Shown here: positions 1-13,222 of the stretch, one piece after another
Position numbering within the stretch: the first letter of the stretch is position 1
How the letters are laid out: every line of letters begins with the position of its first letter
Assembly (NCBI GenBank): GCA_964187785.1
Contig: OZ076409.1
Location: forward strand, 23,934,001 to 23,998,000
Source of the DNA: Amphiscolops sp. MND2022
Lineage: Eukaryota
Direction of reading: 5' to 3'
DNA: 64,000 nt
Made by a program: the position numbers and the translations under genes
Notes under the pieces: model-generated
Databases searched by the model: none
Seen by the model: the letters and a program-made list of their open reading frames with translations, nothing else
What the model was told of the DNA's origin: nothing

Positions 1-1
1 C

Positions 2-574
2 GTACTTCAAAAAACGGCCAAAGAAGCCTTCGGATCTGAAGCCCAACAATTCATTGACAAGGCAATATACGCAAAAATGCCAGATCATGTAAAAAAGATA
101 CTAAACAGGGCGTATCTCGAAGACAAGCCATATAATGACATTGTGCTACACTTGGAAAGAGAAATGAGGCTTAACGGCCTTGGGGCGCCAGATGAAGTAA
201 CACTGGTACCACTAAATAAAGTAGAACCGGCCCCAACAAAAACTGAATCCAAACAAGTCGACAGCACGACGCAAAATGTCAAAAAGGGATATTGCTTCTA
301 CTGCAACAAATTTGGACACTACAAAGCGGAATGTAGGAAAATGAAGAGAGATAAATGAATGCAGATCAGGAAGAACAATGGTCAAACCAACTCTAGTGCA
401 GGCAAATCGCTTAAATGCGACACATGCGGCAAACCTCACAAAATGGAAGATTGTTGGAACGGAGCCAACTCTGCCAACGATCCACGACCTAAGCGTCACA
501 ATAACCCGGAATCAAAAAGGGACGTTCCCGTCCAACCAACGACAGCTAACTCTGTCATTGAATCAAAAAACTAA
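2..574 (+). pseudogene. gag: Gypsy gag C-terminus with two zinc knuckles, interrupted by in-frame TGA at 356-358
   Basis: CFYCNKFGHYKAEC (CCHC) and CDTCGKPHKMEDC; ORFs 77..358 and 359..574 are in the same frame. Confidence 0.9.
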
Positions 575-624
575 ATACGCCGCGCCTGCGCTTCGGGGAA
601 ACAGTAGACGCGAGGGCGTATTTA
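565..624 (+). promoter_or_regulatory. -1 programmed ribosomal frameshift signal (slippery heptamer plus stem-loop)
   Basis: A-AAA-AAC at 565-571 is in gag phase directly before the gag TAA; TAAATACGCC (572-581) pairs with GGCGTATTTA (615-624); the -1 frame is open without stops from 568 into the protease ORF at 1054. Confidence 0.85.
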
Positions 625-3600
625 ACAAACGATCCCCCTACAATTTACACCAACGATACAACTATTGAATGCGATGGAACTCCAACAGAGGACTGGCTGA
701 GACGTCAGGCACTCGCCTCCATACGAAGACCCCTCTTACAAACTGAAACGGATCAGACACAAGATGGGGATAATGGCGACGACCACACACAACCACCAAA
801 CCTTCTCATCCAGCCACCCCTCACCAATACAACACAATCCACCGCAACCCAAATCGAACAAACCGAAAAGGCCCGGGACGACCAACCATCGTCAACACAG
901 ACAAAGGAAGATACCCACGGCTCCACCCAAGTACCTATCTTCCCAGAGGATTTCCCCACATCTCTTAACTCTATCAAAGAGTATGTCACTGAAAAAGATG
1001 GAGAGACGTACTTACCACTCCACTCGACTATAGTCCTAAAGAAAAAGAGAAGAATGCTCTATTTACCACTCGAATTCGGAGAAATCACCATGGACGGACT
1101 TGTCGACTCAGGTGCGTTCATCAATGCTATGTCCTGGTCAGACTATAATGCCATCAAGATGAATACCGATAGTTGTGTCATAAAAGAATACCCACAACCT
1201 CCTTTCAAAATTGAATGCGCAAACGCACAACTAGAACAACCAATAGCCACCGCGGATATTCAGTTTAATATCGGGACATACACTTTCACAGATACCTTCG
1301 TCATCTTATCGAGAACGTCATTCCCTATCATAGGATTAAACTTCATGAGAAATCACCAAGCAGTGATCGACACTGCCAACGGGACGATCAATTTCCCGCA
1401 CGTCGAAATGACGTTAGCCATGACAGACGAAATGAAAAAATGCAACCCAAAACCGCTTCAAATAATGGCAGAAGGACATCAGACACTGCCGCCTCAACAG
1501 ACAACAACAGTAAACGCAATAGTCATAACCACAAACATGCATGACGTCACTGGTGCGGTACAACCACTACCACAATTTGATGAAACAGCAACAATCATTG
1601 TTGCACCAGCTCTGGCGACAGCCCATAACAAAAGGCTCAACATCAGAATCGCCAACCTAACGGATTTCCCTCATACAATAAAGAATCATACAAAGCTGGC
1701 AGAACTACAAATCCTCAAACCTGAGGACACGAAACAAATACGACCAGTTGACGCCGCCGCACTCAAATTGTTAGAAGATCCTTATGACACACACATGTAC
1801 ATTAACGAACTTATGAAATCAAATGAACATGAACAAAGCGATGAAAACCTCTGGTTCCCCACACCCGAGAATCCAGGGAACGAAGAAGAACATACGCCAA
1901 TCCAACGTCGGATCTTGAAGGAAATCCGTGAACTCATCCAAAAGGAAAACTTAGATCCAACCAAAGACCCAGAATCAAGACAAAAATTCCTTGACATGTT
2001 CCAGTGGGAAGGCTCCCAAATCGAAGGCAATGACAGGAAGCAACTTGAACAAACAATAATCGAATACAACGACATTTTTGCGCGTCATCGCCTTGACATT
2101 GGAATCAACAATAGCTTCAAAGTCAAATTAACTCCGAAAGACGAGCGTCCGATTTACACGCAAAGTTTGCCGGTACCAATCAATTTGAAAGAAGACCTAA
2201 CAGTCGAATTGGCGCTAATGCACAGGTACGGCATAATAACGACCCTACCATTTTCAAAGTATGCAAGCCCAATTTTCGCACAGAGGAAACCAAATGGCAA
2301 ATTGCGTCTACTTGTCGACCTGCGAAAAATAAACGCACTAATCTCAGATGACTACATCAACAATAACCATCCAGTTAGCACCTTGTCAGATGCGGCTCAA
2401 CACCTAGCTGGTAAAAAGCTATTTTGCAAATTAGACTGCTCTCAAGCATACCACTGCTTACAAATGGCAGATCAAAGATCCATCGAAATGCTGGCGTTTA
2501 ACTTCGCAAGCAGGACGTTTGCCTACAGACGCTTAGCACAAGGACTGAGCAGGGCTCTGTCGGCATTTTCAAGTTTCATGAGAGAATACTTAGACAAAGT
2601 GATCAAAGCCGACCAGTGCGCACAATATGTGGATGATATCGGGATCGCAGCCAATTCAGTGACGCAACTGATACGTAACATCAAAGCCGTTTTCGAATGC
2701 ATCAGACAAGCGGGGCTTAAACTAACCATGAAAAATGCCATTTCGGGGTGACTGAGGTTGAATTTCTTGGAAGAACAATCACTCCGCAAGGAATTGCCCC
2801 CCAAGACCATAAAATACAAAAATTTCTGGCAAATGTACGATTTCCAAAATCAAAAAAGCAGGTACAAAGATACATTGGTTTTGTCAATTATTATCGCAAT
2901 TACATCCCGCGATTATCTGAAAAATTACTCGGATTCTATGAATTGTTGAAAGCAGATAAACAAATCAAAATCACAGAAGAACTACTTGACCATTACAAAG
3001 CTATCAACGCAACACTGGCGCAAGCTTGCGGTTTGGCACTCAAACAACCAATCACAGGACGACAGTACGTCCTGATGACGGACGCCAGTTTCCGAGCCTC
3101 CGGCTATGCACTAATGATTGAGGAAAACAACGACAAAAAACTCAATTCAAAAAAGAAGACATTTGCGCCGGTCGCATTCGGATCGAAAGTATTTTCCCCA
3201 GCTCAACTAAAAATGTCTATTTACTGCAAAGAATTCCTAGCAATTTACCATGCATTTCTAGAATACAGCCATATATTGTGGGAAGCAACGCTACCAACAC
3301 TCGTAATGACCGATAACAGGTCAGTCACGCGCTTCTTTCAAACAAAAGCCATACCGCCTACGCTGTGGAACGCGTGTGACTATGTGCTACAATTCAACTT
3401 TCACATAATGCACGTCGCTGGTACGCAAAACACTGCAGCCGATTTCTTATCACGCATTGAACTTACCCCCAAAGAACGCGTTGAATTGAAAATAAGAGAG
3501 GACATTACAATCAGGCCCATCCAAGTGAATCTCCAATCTACGGACGTCGCGGATGAGGAACAGCTTTTCTTCCTTCCGGATGAAACAATTGAAACAGAAG

Positions 3601-5501
3601 AAGAAATCCTATTGCAGAAGGAACAAGCTAGACAAAATGCGCGCGACGAAGAGACGCCCAAAATTAAACTAGCCATCAAAGAAACCACCCCAATTCCAAT
3701 AAATAAAGCATCTTATACCTTTGGAGCAATAAAAGAGGATGCTCGCATCAGAGTCGAACAAGATTCAAACCTAGTTTTCAAAGCAATCAAAAAGAAACTG
3801 ATTTCTGAAGATTATGACAAACACCTATTACAAACTGATCCGACAGCCAAACGCCTTCTAGTCCACGAAAGCAGACTAATTGTCAAAGATGGAGTATTAA
3901 TGCGAAAGTACTACGGCGAATGTGGACAAGTTACCCACCACCAAATATTAATTCCCGAACACTTGGTTACAGAACTCTTGAAGGCAATACATGGACAAAT
4001 GGGAAAACACCCGGGGATTACAAAAATGATTCAAGAATGCCGATCAAAGTACTATTACCCCGGCCTAGCAAAAAGAATCAGACAGTGGGTAATGCAATGC
4101 GAAGACTGCATCAAATACAAACGAATCAACAACAGCCAAATCAGATCGAAAATGATCAACAATACGGAACACGTCCTTGGTCCGGAGGACATTCTTGAAA
4201 TTGACATACTACCAAATTTGCCAAGCTCTGCAGGATACCAGAACATCGTTACGATGATCGACGTATTTTCACGTTACCTATTTGCATATCCAACACAGAA
4301 TGTCACAGCGAAAACAATCGGACGATGCATTGTCGACGTTATGACAAGACATGCATACTTGCCAACACTAATCCTATCAGACAAGGGCTCACAATTTCGA
4401 TCAGAAGTCGTCACAGAAATAGCCCAAATACTCAAGATTCAAATCCGCCACGCGTCTACAAAACATGCACAGACGATCGGAATTTTAGAAAGAACACACG
4501 CGTCAATCAAAACCGCACTAAAAATTTCGACGGGTGAACGACGTTCAATGTGGCACAAGTATGTCCAAATAGCTGTAATGAACTACAATACAACATACCA
4601 CGAGACTCTGGGCTGTGAACCATCTACAGTATTCCACGGACGAATACCCTACAATGTCCTCGACCTAAAATTGGGGATCAAGCCAAAGTGGAAAACAACG
4701 CCCAACTCAGACATAGCAGAGCAAATACAAAAACAAATAGACGAGGTACGAGCGACAGCGAAGGAAAATATAATGCTATCCTACCTCAAATATAAAAAAT
4801 AATACGACCGCAAAGCGTCTGCAGCTCCACTGAAGATCAACGATTATTGTTACATACTCAATCCGAAAGCCGACAACCAGTCGACGAAGTTTGCGTTCCA
4901 AGACTGCATATGGACTGGCCCGTACATAGTGATCAAAGTGCTTTCCAATAATAACTACACAATACGCAAACTTGGCACAAGATATACACAAACACTACAC
5001 AGAATTCGCATACGACCTTACGTGCCAGAACAACGCTTGCCTGACGTCACAGTACGAGCCGACAATTACCTTCCCGATCCAGATGTCAAAATTTCACACA
5101 ATGAGTGGTACGCAGTCTCATGGGAAATGGATTTCGGGAAACAGATCGACGAGCACGAGTCGCGAGAAAACGAAAACAATCATCAACAACCAGTCACACA
5201 AGAGGTAGCGAACACGCAGGACGAAACGGCGACGCAACAAATACTGGACAACAAACCTGAAACTACGGACGACAAAGCGCCGCCATCTCCGGACTTTTCA
5301 AATCTTACTACAGACGTGGGGGATAATCCATATATACGGCGCCCCCCACCCATTGAAAACCCACCTATTCCCCCAAAATCGCCGCCTACAATAGTTGGAT
5401 ATAATCCAAGGAAAATAGCGAAATACAATCTACGACCTAATCCCAAACCCAATACTAATCCTGACTTTAGAAGACTTGACGCTATCACTACGACTCACTA
5501 G
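568..5501 (+). pseudogene. pol: Gypsy pol (protease, RT, RNase H, integrase); frameshift near 2730 and premature TAA at 4800-4802
   Basis: LVDSGA protease; QYVDD RT; MTDAS RNase H; H..HPG..C..C zinc-binding domain and IDIL/SDKG/ILER integrase core. A 1-nt loss breaks the LTxEKCHFG motif; 4929..5501 continues in the same frame as 2748..4802. Confidence 0.95.
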
Positions 5502-5784
5502 AAAGGGAAAAGAGCACCATCAAGTGTCCAGATCGAACCGACCTGACGACTTTAATTACTGGCATACTAAGGCCTCTTTTTCTTGATTTTCTTTGACTCC
5601 AATTTCTTTTCTACTATTTTGCTGGGGAGTCAATCACTATCAGCTAATTTTAAAATCCAGCAAAATAAAAATAGCCAAAAGGCAACGACTACAATCAAAT
5701 AAATAAAAACTGCAATAAAAGAAGCACAAAAGACTACTACTAAAGTTTAACAACAACAGTTGTATCAAGTCTCGACTACACATC

Positions 5785-8700
5785 TTAGTGACTCTTGGAC
5801 TTGGGACTCAATCGTTTTCCAATCGACTTCACACTTTTTGGCCCCTCGTGTGACTGATCTTTAGAGGACTCTTTCTCTGCGCTTTTATTTGACGCTTCTT
5901 TCTTACCAACAGACGCCTTCTTGACGGGCTTCAGCTCCTTTTTCTGCCCAAGAATAGCAGCCAAGGAAGACTCCGCAGTATAAGTACGTTGCCTTGACGT
6001 CCCAGCATCGGAACCAGACCCAGGAGAAGCAATGGCAAATGAGGTAGCAGGCAGCACACCACCACGAGGAGAACTGCAGACACTTGACCCACCCGAACCA
6101 CCAGACTCCGAAAAACGAACTTGGCGCGGCTGACGGTTGGCACTATGAAGCTGCTTCGTGGCTTCACTTTTCTTGCGGCTCAGATAGGCATCAAAGGCTG
6201 AAGAATAATGACGCACAAAGGCCGAACGATCGCCACATGACACACTCTCCCAAGGGTCAAAACTGGCACAAGACATGAAACCCCGACTGCTGGCTATGGC
6301 ATCGCGAACGCTTTCCATGGTTCCCTGAGTGAAGAAAGCGCCCTGCTTGTACCCGGGAGAAGACACAAGACTTTGGACGCCCCTCAGAGACGACGTCACG
6401 ACGGAAACAGGAACGGCACAGTCCTTGAGATCAATTTCAATGTCAGGCATCTTTCTGCGAGGGCGATCCACTACCAAGCAGCACACTTTCAGTACCCGGA
6501 CGAGGCTTCTCCGTGACATGAAACTGTAGTCCGAAAGCAGATACTCAGTAACATCTTCGATCTGCTCCGCACTTCGCTCTGACTCCTGATGCCGCGTCCT
6601 AGCATCGACGACGAATGTGGCGAACTCCTCACGACTCGACTGTGCATCACTGCTGGAGAGACAGCCACATCGCTCGAGAACGCGAACCAGACGAGAGAAC
6701 AGCTGAAAGACATGCTGGTCGTCGCCCTCAAGGAGCAGCTCAGGGCAAAAGCAATACAACCCCTGGAAGAAATCCGAGGACACAACCTGCTGACCCAAGA
6801 TGACGTCCACCAGCCGGTCCACAAATTCCCGACAACGATTGCGGAACTCACGCGCCTCATCAGTGTTTGAACGATGTAGTTCAGCCCCAAACTCGTAACT
6901 CTGCAAGAAATCGTCAGTACTGACTTTTTCGAACGCTTGCAACTTGCTGGGCTCCATATATGACTCCCAATCATTGAGAGCAGGCAGACTGGACACCTTG
7001 CGACTGCGGATGAGCAAGCAGTACACGAACTGACACACTTCACTGTAGGCATGAAAGGCGTAATCACTACGTCCGGCCTTTTGTTTGACGAAAGTGCAAT
7101 GATCTAAACACAACAGACGGCTGTACACATATTACCAAGACTATGATACCTAGACGACAACCCGATGACGACGATGATCAGCCACCTAGCATACCAAACG
7201 AGCTACTATGCCAACAAAAAAAAACAAAAAAAAACAAAAAAACAACCAAAAACCAAGAATAGCGAAAGAAAGTCACAGGAAAGTACAACTTACAAAGATC
7301 CACAACGTGCAGCAGCATTCCCAGTCGCAGTTCGTTTGTCGTCTCGGAGTAGACGAGCGTGTCTGTGCCTCGCATCTAAATAGCAACAACAAGATGACTA
7401 TTTCGCCAAACCCACAGAGAGACGACACCCCACCGCAAGAATACAAAACAGCACCCTGAAACAAAACTATACCCACCTTGTCAGCCTCGCTCTTGATGTG
7501 TCGGGGACCAGTGTACCGAACGTACTCCCGGACGGTATCCCAAATGGAAACCAACTCAGCCACGACACCAGGCAGTTCGGCGAACGTCACCTTTCCAGCG
7601 ACCACACAACGGCGAAGTTCGGGAAGGTCCTCCATCCAGGGCTCCTGCAAAGCCCCACGAAGACGCACCATCAAGAAGTCGACCATGGTGGTGACTTCTA
7701 ACATCCCGAAGATCTCTTGATGGGCAACTCGATAGCAGTGGAGGAACACATCAGAGGAGAATTCCCGAGCATACACCAAACGATGCCCGTCACTGCGTTC
7801 GTCGTTGACTACCCGCAGGAAGGATGGACTAGCACCACGAATGCTGATAGGGAGAGAAGCTGGGGACAGACTGGTGACGATACGTGACAGTGACGACAGT
7901 TCGGACTGGGGCACTCGCTGACCTAAGGGCTCGACATTGATGCAGATGTCCAGCAAAGTATTGCCCTCCCAAGTCGAAACGAAGCAGTACTGGCCATCGG
8001 CATGCTCCTCAAACCGTACACTGTAGCAGTTGAAGGTCGTCACGCGAGAGATGATGGAGCGCAGGACCCGAGGAAAGAGAGCACGACAAATCAACGACTA
8101 AAACACAAACGCACCAACTCACTCAGCAGATGCACAAACCCACCTACGCCGACCACAAGACGTCCACATACAAAAGAAACAGCACATGATGAGGAAAAAC
8201 AAAACAACTCATCTCTATGAGGATTACTAACCAGTGTCTCAGGACGATTCCAGTGAAGATTATATAGGGGATTGTCAGGCCCCAGAGTGGCACGGAAGTT
8301 GCCCCACAGCTTGCGGAGCAAAACGTAGCTACCACCCCACCTGCATAGCTCTGCCACACAGTTTACCATTGTCAGCAGAGGAATCGTCGAATCCACCCGA
8401 GTACAAGACGGCAGCAAGTCCTCAGGGAAACTGAATCCCTCATTCTTCTCCACTGCATCTTGCCCCAGGTACTCGGCCCGCTGGTCTGACGTCAGCTCGA
8501 GAGGCTTCATCAGCTGATCGAACACTGGCAGACCTTGCTGAACCCGGTAGGCCACATCTCGAGTCCAGTGGCGATCGCCGGAGTAGTGTCGGATGAACTC
8601 CCTTGCCCCGCGTGACTGCATGGAGACATCCCGCTTGCAAATCATGCAGTGGAAGTGAGTGGCCGACCCGTTGCTGGCTCCACTGACAAACAGACTGAAG

Positions 8701-9958
8701 ATAGGATGGTCTCCCACCATATCTTTTCGGAGATGATGACGGCTGCTATACTTCTTGACGGGGGTCTCACGCAAAGCAACCGCCTCCAAACTGCTCTCCA
8801 TCCGAGACATCAGATCTTGCATTCCTACAAAACGACATAACGACGGATTAGCACTAACCAGACTATACCTACAGAAATAGCACAACCAACAAATGCCTAG
8901 ATGTACACTACAGAACCCATTTCAACGTGATGCAGATAACGACTACAGTCATGACAAGGTATACTCACTTGCTAGTACGGGACCAACTCCAGAAGGCTCC
9001 GCCCGGGCCACGTCCAAGTCACTAGCACCAGAAATCCCTTGAGCGGCACAATCTCCAGATTCTACGAAACAAACCAAAGTCACATTTGAATAGCCTATCT
9101 AATAGCCTACCCAACACCCAAGAACGAAGAATTTTATTACCGCTCACAGTAAGCTGCGCAAGATGCAGATTCGCCGTCTGCACGCGCACCTGACGCTTCC
9201 TTTTTCCAGATGAGCCTGTCCCAGCCCTTTCTGCAGCAGTGGACGCAACTATAACGTCAACATGTATCACCAAACAATCAAACAGGGAAATACCTCAAGA
9301 CCAAACAAAATATATCAACCTTACCTCTTTTCCTGGAATCGGAAGGCGTCAGTCCACTGAATGTTTTCCCGAACCCAGTCAGGAAAGGAGTCAACTGAGG
9401 TGAGCTGGAGGTCTGCCCAAGGATCCCAGCTCCTGAAGATTCCGCCCCGAAGACGTCATCTTTCTCTCCGGTGGGGGATACTACCTCGCCTCCGCAAGGA
9501 GAACCAGAGAGCAAGCCCGTAGGATTGACGTCAGGCCTCGAACCTGACGCGACAGGGGTTTCTCCACCAGCAGGGACAGCAGCAGACGACCCACAAGGAA
9601 CACTCTCGAGCTCAGCAGAAGGCGTCACAGGAGAAATGGTCGCAGGAGGAACGCCCACTTCAGCACCAGCAAGAGGAGTAGTCATCACCTTGGGCTCTAG
9701 AAAAGAAAAGGTACATTCCCAGCATCGACGCGTCAAGAAAATCTAAGCTGTGAAAATATGAATCAGAAAAGGCCTATCTGGTAGTAGTATTATTCACAAA
9801 AGCTTAATGGATCAGGGAATGAAATACTCACCAACAGCCCGAGGTCGAATGTCATCCGCGTCACTCTGACGCATGTCTCCCTCCGAGAACACGTATTGCG
9901 TCTCGTGACCACTCTGGGCCCCGGGATCAACTGAAGGGACAGTGGGACGTGAATCCAT
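5785..9958 (-). CDS. Spliced antisense gene, 8 exons, ~1104 aa; BED-like zinc finger and hAT-transposase-like body
   Basis: Proposed exons 9958-9832, 9696-9325, 9248-9141, 9061-8969, 8824-8232, 8097-7477, 7375-7294, 7103-5785. All introns are GT-AG and all phases are compatible; total 3315 nt open to the stop. CMIC-x15-H-x5-H finger in exon 5. Exon 3 boundaries are the least certain. Confidence 0.75.
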
Positions 9959-10030
9959 CGTCAAATAGCTCAGAATCTGAAAACAAACCCGAAGATGAAG
10001 ACAACAACCAAAATTGATGTCATTATAACA

Positions 10031-10360
10031 GTGACAAAACTTAAAGTTAGCAAGCCACCAACGAAATTGACGCTGGCATAACGTCAGTACCAAAAAGTTG
10101 ATTAAAAATCAGCGAAATTGACGTCGGCATAACGTCGACAAAAAGGTTATTGGGTTATTAATCCTATAACCTATAATGACGTCATCACAACGGTGACAAA
10201 ACAAAAGTTAGTTAAGCTAACGAAAATGACGTCAGCATAACGTTGACAATCTTGGCTAAGCGGATTAATTTAATTTGCAGCCAATAAAAAGCGGCGTTGG
10301 AATAACGTCAACACCTGAGGATTGAAAAGGATTAAAATGATTGAATAGCCAATCAGAATG
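10031..10360. promoter_or_regulatory. Putative bidirectional promoter with repeated GACGTC/CATAACGT motifs and CCAAT boxes
   Basis: CGAAAwTGACGyyrGCATAACGTy at ~10062, ~10113 and ~10221, plus a degenerate copy at ~10290; GCCAAT near 10280 and 10348; lies between two divergent ORFs. Confidence 0.5.
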
Positions 10361-10469
10361 GAGGGATTTATCCCAATATTCTCCTTAATCCTAATTAATC
10401 CTGAATTCATTGAGGAACAATCAAAAGATAAAAGTCAGCTGCAAAGAAAGAAAGAATTGCTTGAAGAAA

Positions 10470-11234
10470 ATGACCCATCTACTGGAAATATACGAGCTAA
10501 TAGACATCTCGTCAGATAGTGAAGACGAAACAGAGGCGTCGGAGAGATCATCAACTCCCCTTCCCAGTGGGTCACTACCCAATATTAGAGTCATCCTAAA
10601 TGTTTCAAATTCATCCGCCAGAGCAGTAGCTGACGAAGAAGAGTACTTCGACGTCTCAGCGGACTCGTTAGAAGCGGACTGCAAGAGGATGCGGCTGAGT
10701 TCGTCTTTCGAATCCCTAGAATCAGGAGAACTTAACAACGCTTCGCCGAAGTCTGAATACAGCTCAATGAAGGAGAGTCCAGACAGTCCGGACGAACAGG
10801 AAGAGGACGACAATAAATCGAACCCTGAAGTGTTCGTGGTGGAAGGCCATCGTGCACCAAGCCCACAATCGATCACGAGCTGCATTATCAACGAATATTT
10901 GGAGGAAATCCACAGGGAAGAGGACAATATTCTTCTTTTCGAGACACCCCCAGGCCCACTGAAGAGAGTAATTCCACGTCCGATTAGTCCACTAAACGAC
11001 TTGGAAAAGCAAGCAGCAATACGGTCAGCGGCAGTGAAGCGTACTCCAGGAGACGACAAAGGAAACAATCAATATCAGCCGTTCCAGTTTCGCCAACCCG
11101 GGAGAGTTATACGACCCATGACAGTGGCCCTGTCACAGTCCGCTCCCGGACTGGATTGTGGATGTAGACGGATTGGGTTCGGACGAGGACACGGCTGTAC
11201 AGCGAAACTTTCGAAAAGGTATTTTGGCTACTGA
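10470..11234 (+). CDS. Acidic Ser/Glu-rich 254-aa accessory protein of unknown function
   Basis: Intact ORF from ATG 10470; low-complexity S/E/D composition; N-terminal LIDISSDSEDE. Confidence 0.6.
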   Translation: MTHLLEIYELIDISSDSEDETEASERSSTPLPSGSLPNIRVILNVSNSSARAVADEEEYFDVSADSLEADCKRMRLSSSFESLESGELNNASPKSEYSSMKESPDSPDEQEEDDNKSNPEVFVVEGHRAPSPQSITSCIINEYLEEIHREEDNILLFETPPGPLKRVIPRPISPLNDLEKQAAIRSAAVKRTPGDDKGNNQYQPFQFRQPGRVIRPMTVALSQSAPGLDCGCRRIGFGRGHGCTAKLSKRYFGY

Positions 11235-13067
11235 CTTGAACTTTCATACAAATGTTAGAATAAACTGTGACTAAAAGTACGTCTAACGTGCGCAAAGTTT
11301 AGATGAAAATGAGAACAGAAACTAAAATGAGCAAAAATGATTTCACACACTTCCGGTAGGACGTTTTCATCTCGTCAAAATAGAAACATTCGCCACCTGA
11401 AAACTTAATTAAGAATACGTCTTGAAATAAAGACCATAGACCGATCTAAACAAAAATATACCCAAAATCACCACTGGAAAAAGGACATCATCTGGATCTA
11501 AAATAGAAAGTACATTGAGATGACACACTGAAATATCCACTCCTTTTCTAAGAAAGGCGGCTTAATTGCACTTTGAACAGCAATTAGTACGGATTAGGAC
11601 GTCGGCACTGCGCTAGGTAAACAAAATAAAGAATACATGTATATTAGACGTCGGTAAGAAGCAGACTTGAAACTATATAGTGTGACGTCACCGTTCCGTC
11701 CGCGCTCACTAGAGAACCATTCCAATTTACCGCCTATATTAGTGACACTACTTAAAATCATTCCAATTTTCCGCCATAGTGACGTCACGGTATTGCCTTC
11801 TCGGCGCGGACTAATTCTTACTTCAAATTTACGTCCGCGTTACGTCCAATACCGGTGGTCTATAGCCAATCTTAATACGTACGTCCACGTTACGTCCGAA
11901 ATCCATCAAAATAGTTGGTTTAACCCATCCAATTCAGTGGAATGAATATTAATATGTCGGATTTGACGGAAAAGAAACGTTTAAAGATGTTTTAGAAATC
12001 TACGAGGTTAAGGATAAAACTTGATAATTTACGTCCTGTTCCCGTCAATAAAAATACTAATCTTTTGGAATCACATTGTAAAATGACCCGATTAGGATTT
12101 CCATATTCTTCATAATTAAAGTCACAGTTTATTCCAAAAAGGGGAATGTTATTAATGTACATTTTATGCTGTTTGAAGCAGACCATAAATATGATTGTGT
12201 GTAACCTGACGTCAATCTGACGTATCTGAAAAGTTATGGGCTATGAACCAGCAAAGATTATATTTTAATAATGAGGTCATATTTTTGTAATATTCATATT
12301 CGTGTTTTCCCCCAATATAACTGTGCTTGTTGTTGTTTTTATACATCTCATTGTGATCATTTTCATACTACTTTTGGCAACTGACTGTTTCACTTTTATT
12401 AGTTCAATCCAACGACGTTAAGACGTCAAAGTTTAAACTCGAGTATGAATGAATTCAATTATGAAATTCATACTCGTTAATACCTTTGATTTTAACACGT
12501 CATAGCTCCGTCCACCTTTTCAGCCAATTTTGTAGAAGCCAAGAGCTGTTGCCAAATCATTCTAGTTTTCTAATGTAAACGTTGGTGTTACGTTAATTTG
12601 GTTTAATTACTATTTATCTGAATTGGGAATTCAACTCAAAAATTGAAGCTAATTCCATAGCTTTGTCTTTACTTTTCCTAGCATCATTGGAAATTCCAAA
12701 GCTGAAAACATTAGTCATAGCATTTCCTTCAAGTAAAAATTCAAAATCAGGTATTAGTTGTTCACGTCGGCGTCATCTCCGCGTCATTTTCCTACGAACC
12801 AAAGCAGTAAAACAGGGAATCATTTCCGGTTTGACAGACTGAAGTAATATCTACTTCCTGCTTGGGAGGAAAGCAAAGGACGCCGAGCTGAAATGATATG
12901 ATCGTGGTTGATGACTAATGCTAGATTGAAATTGTCGTGTCTTAAAAATTGACGAGTTATCGAGGTAAAATTGGGAACAAAATGATTTTTTCATCGAAAA
13001 TACAGGAAATGACTAATTGTTCGAGGAAAATTAGGATTTTAATCGTGATCAAATGATGCTAGGAGGA

Positions 13068-13106
13068 TATATATAGGATGATTTTCATTGACTCAGGGAC
13101 TCAGTC
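13068..13106 (+). promoter_or_regulatory. TATA box and initiator in the LTR
   Basis: TATATATA at 13068-13075 and TCAGTC at 13101-13106, followed by ATG at 13223. Confidence 0.5.
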
Positions 13107-13222
13107 TTTTGCAATTGTTTAATTCAGTTGAATTCTCAATTTCGCTAAACTCTCATCTCAACTAACTTTGTTGAAAATTGTCTTTGGAAAAATCAATTCT
13201 TCAAGATAAAGTTTTCTTCAAA

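Noticed and set aside
10470..11234. env gene
   Set aside because: No signal peptide, furin site with fusion peptide, or transmembrane segment.
12440..12476. 11-bp-stem hairpin in the putative LTR
   Set aside because: Real but single-copy, with no evidence of function.
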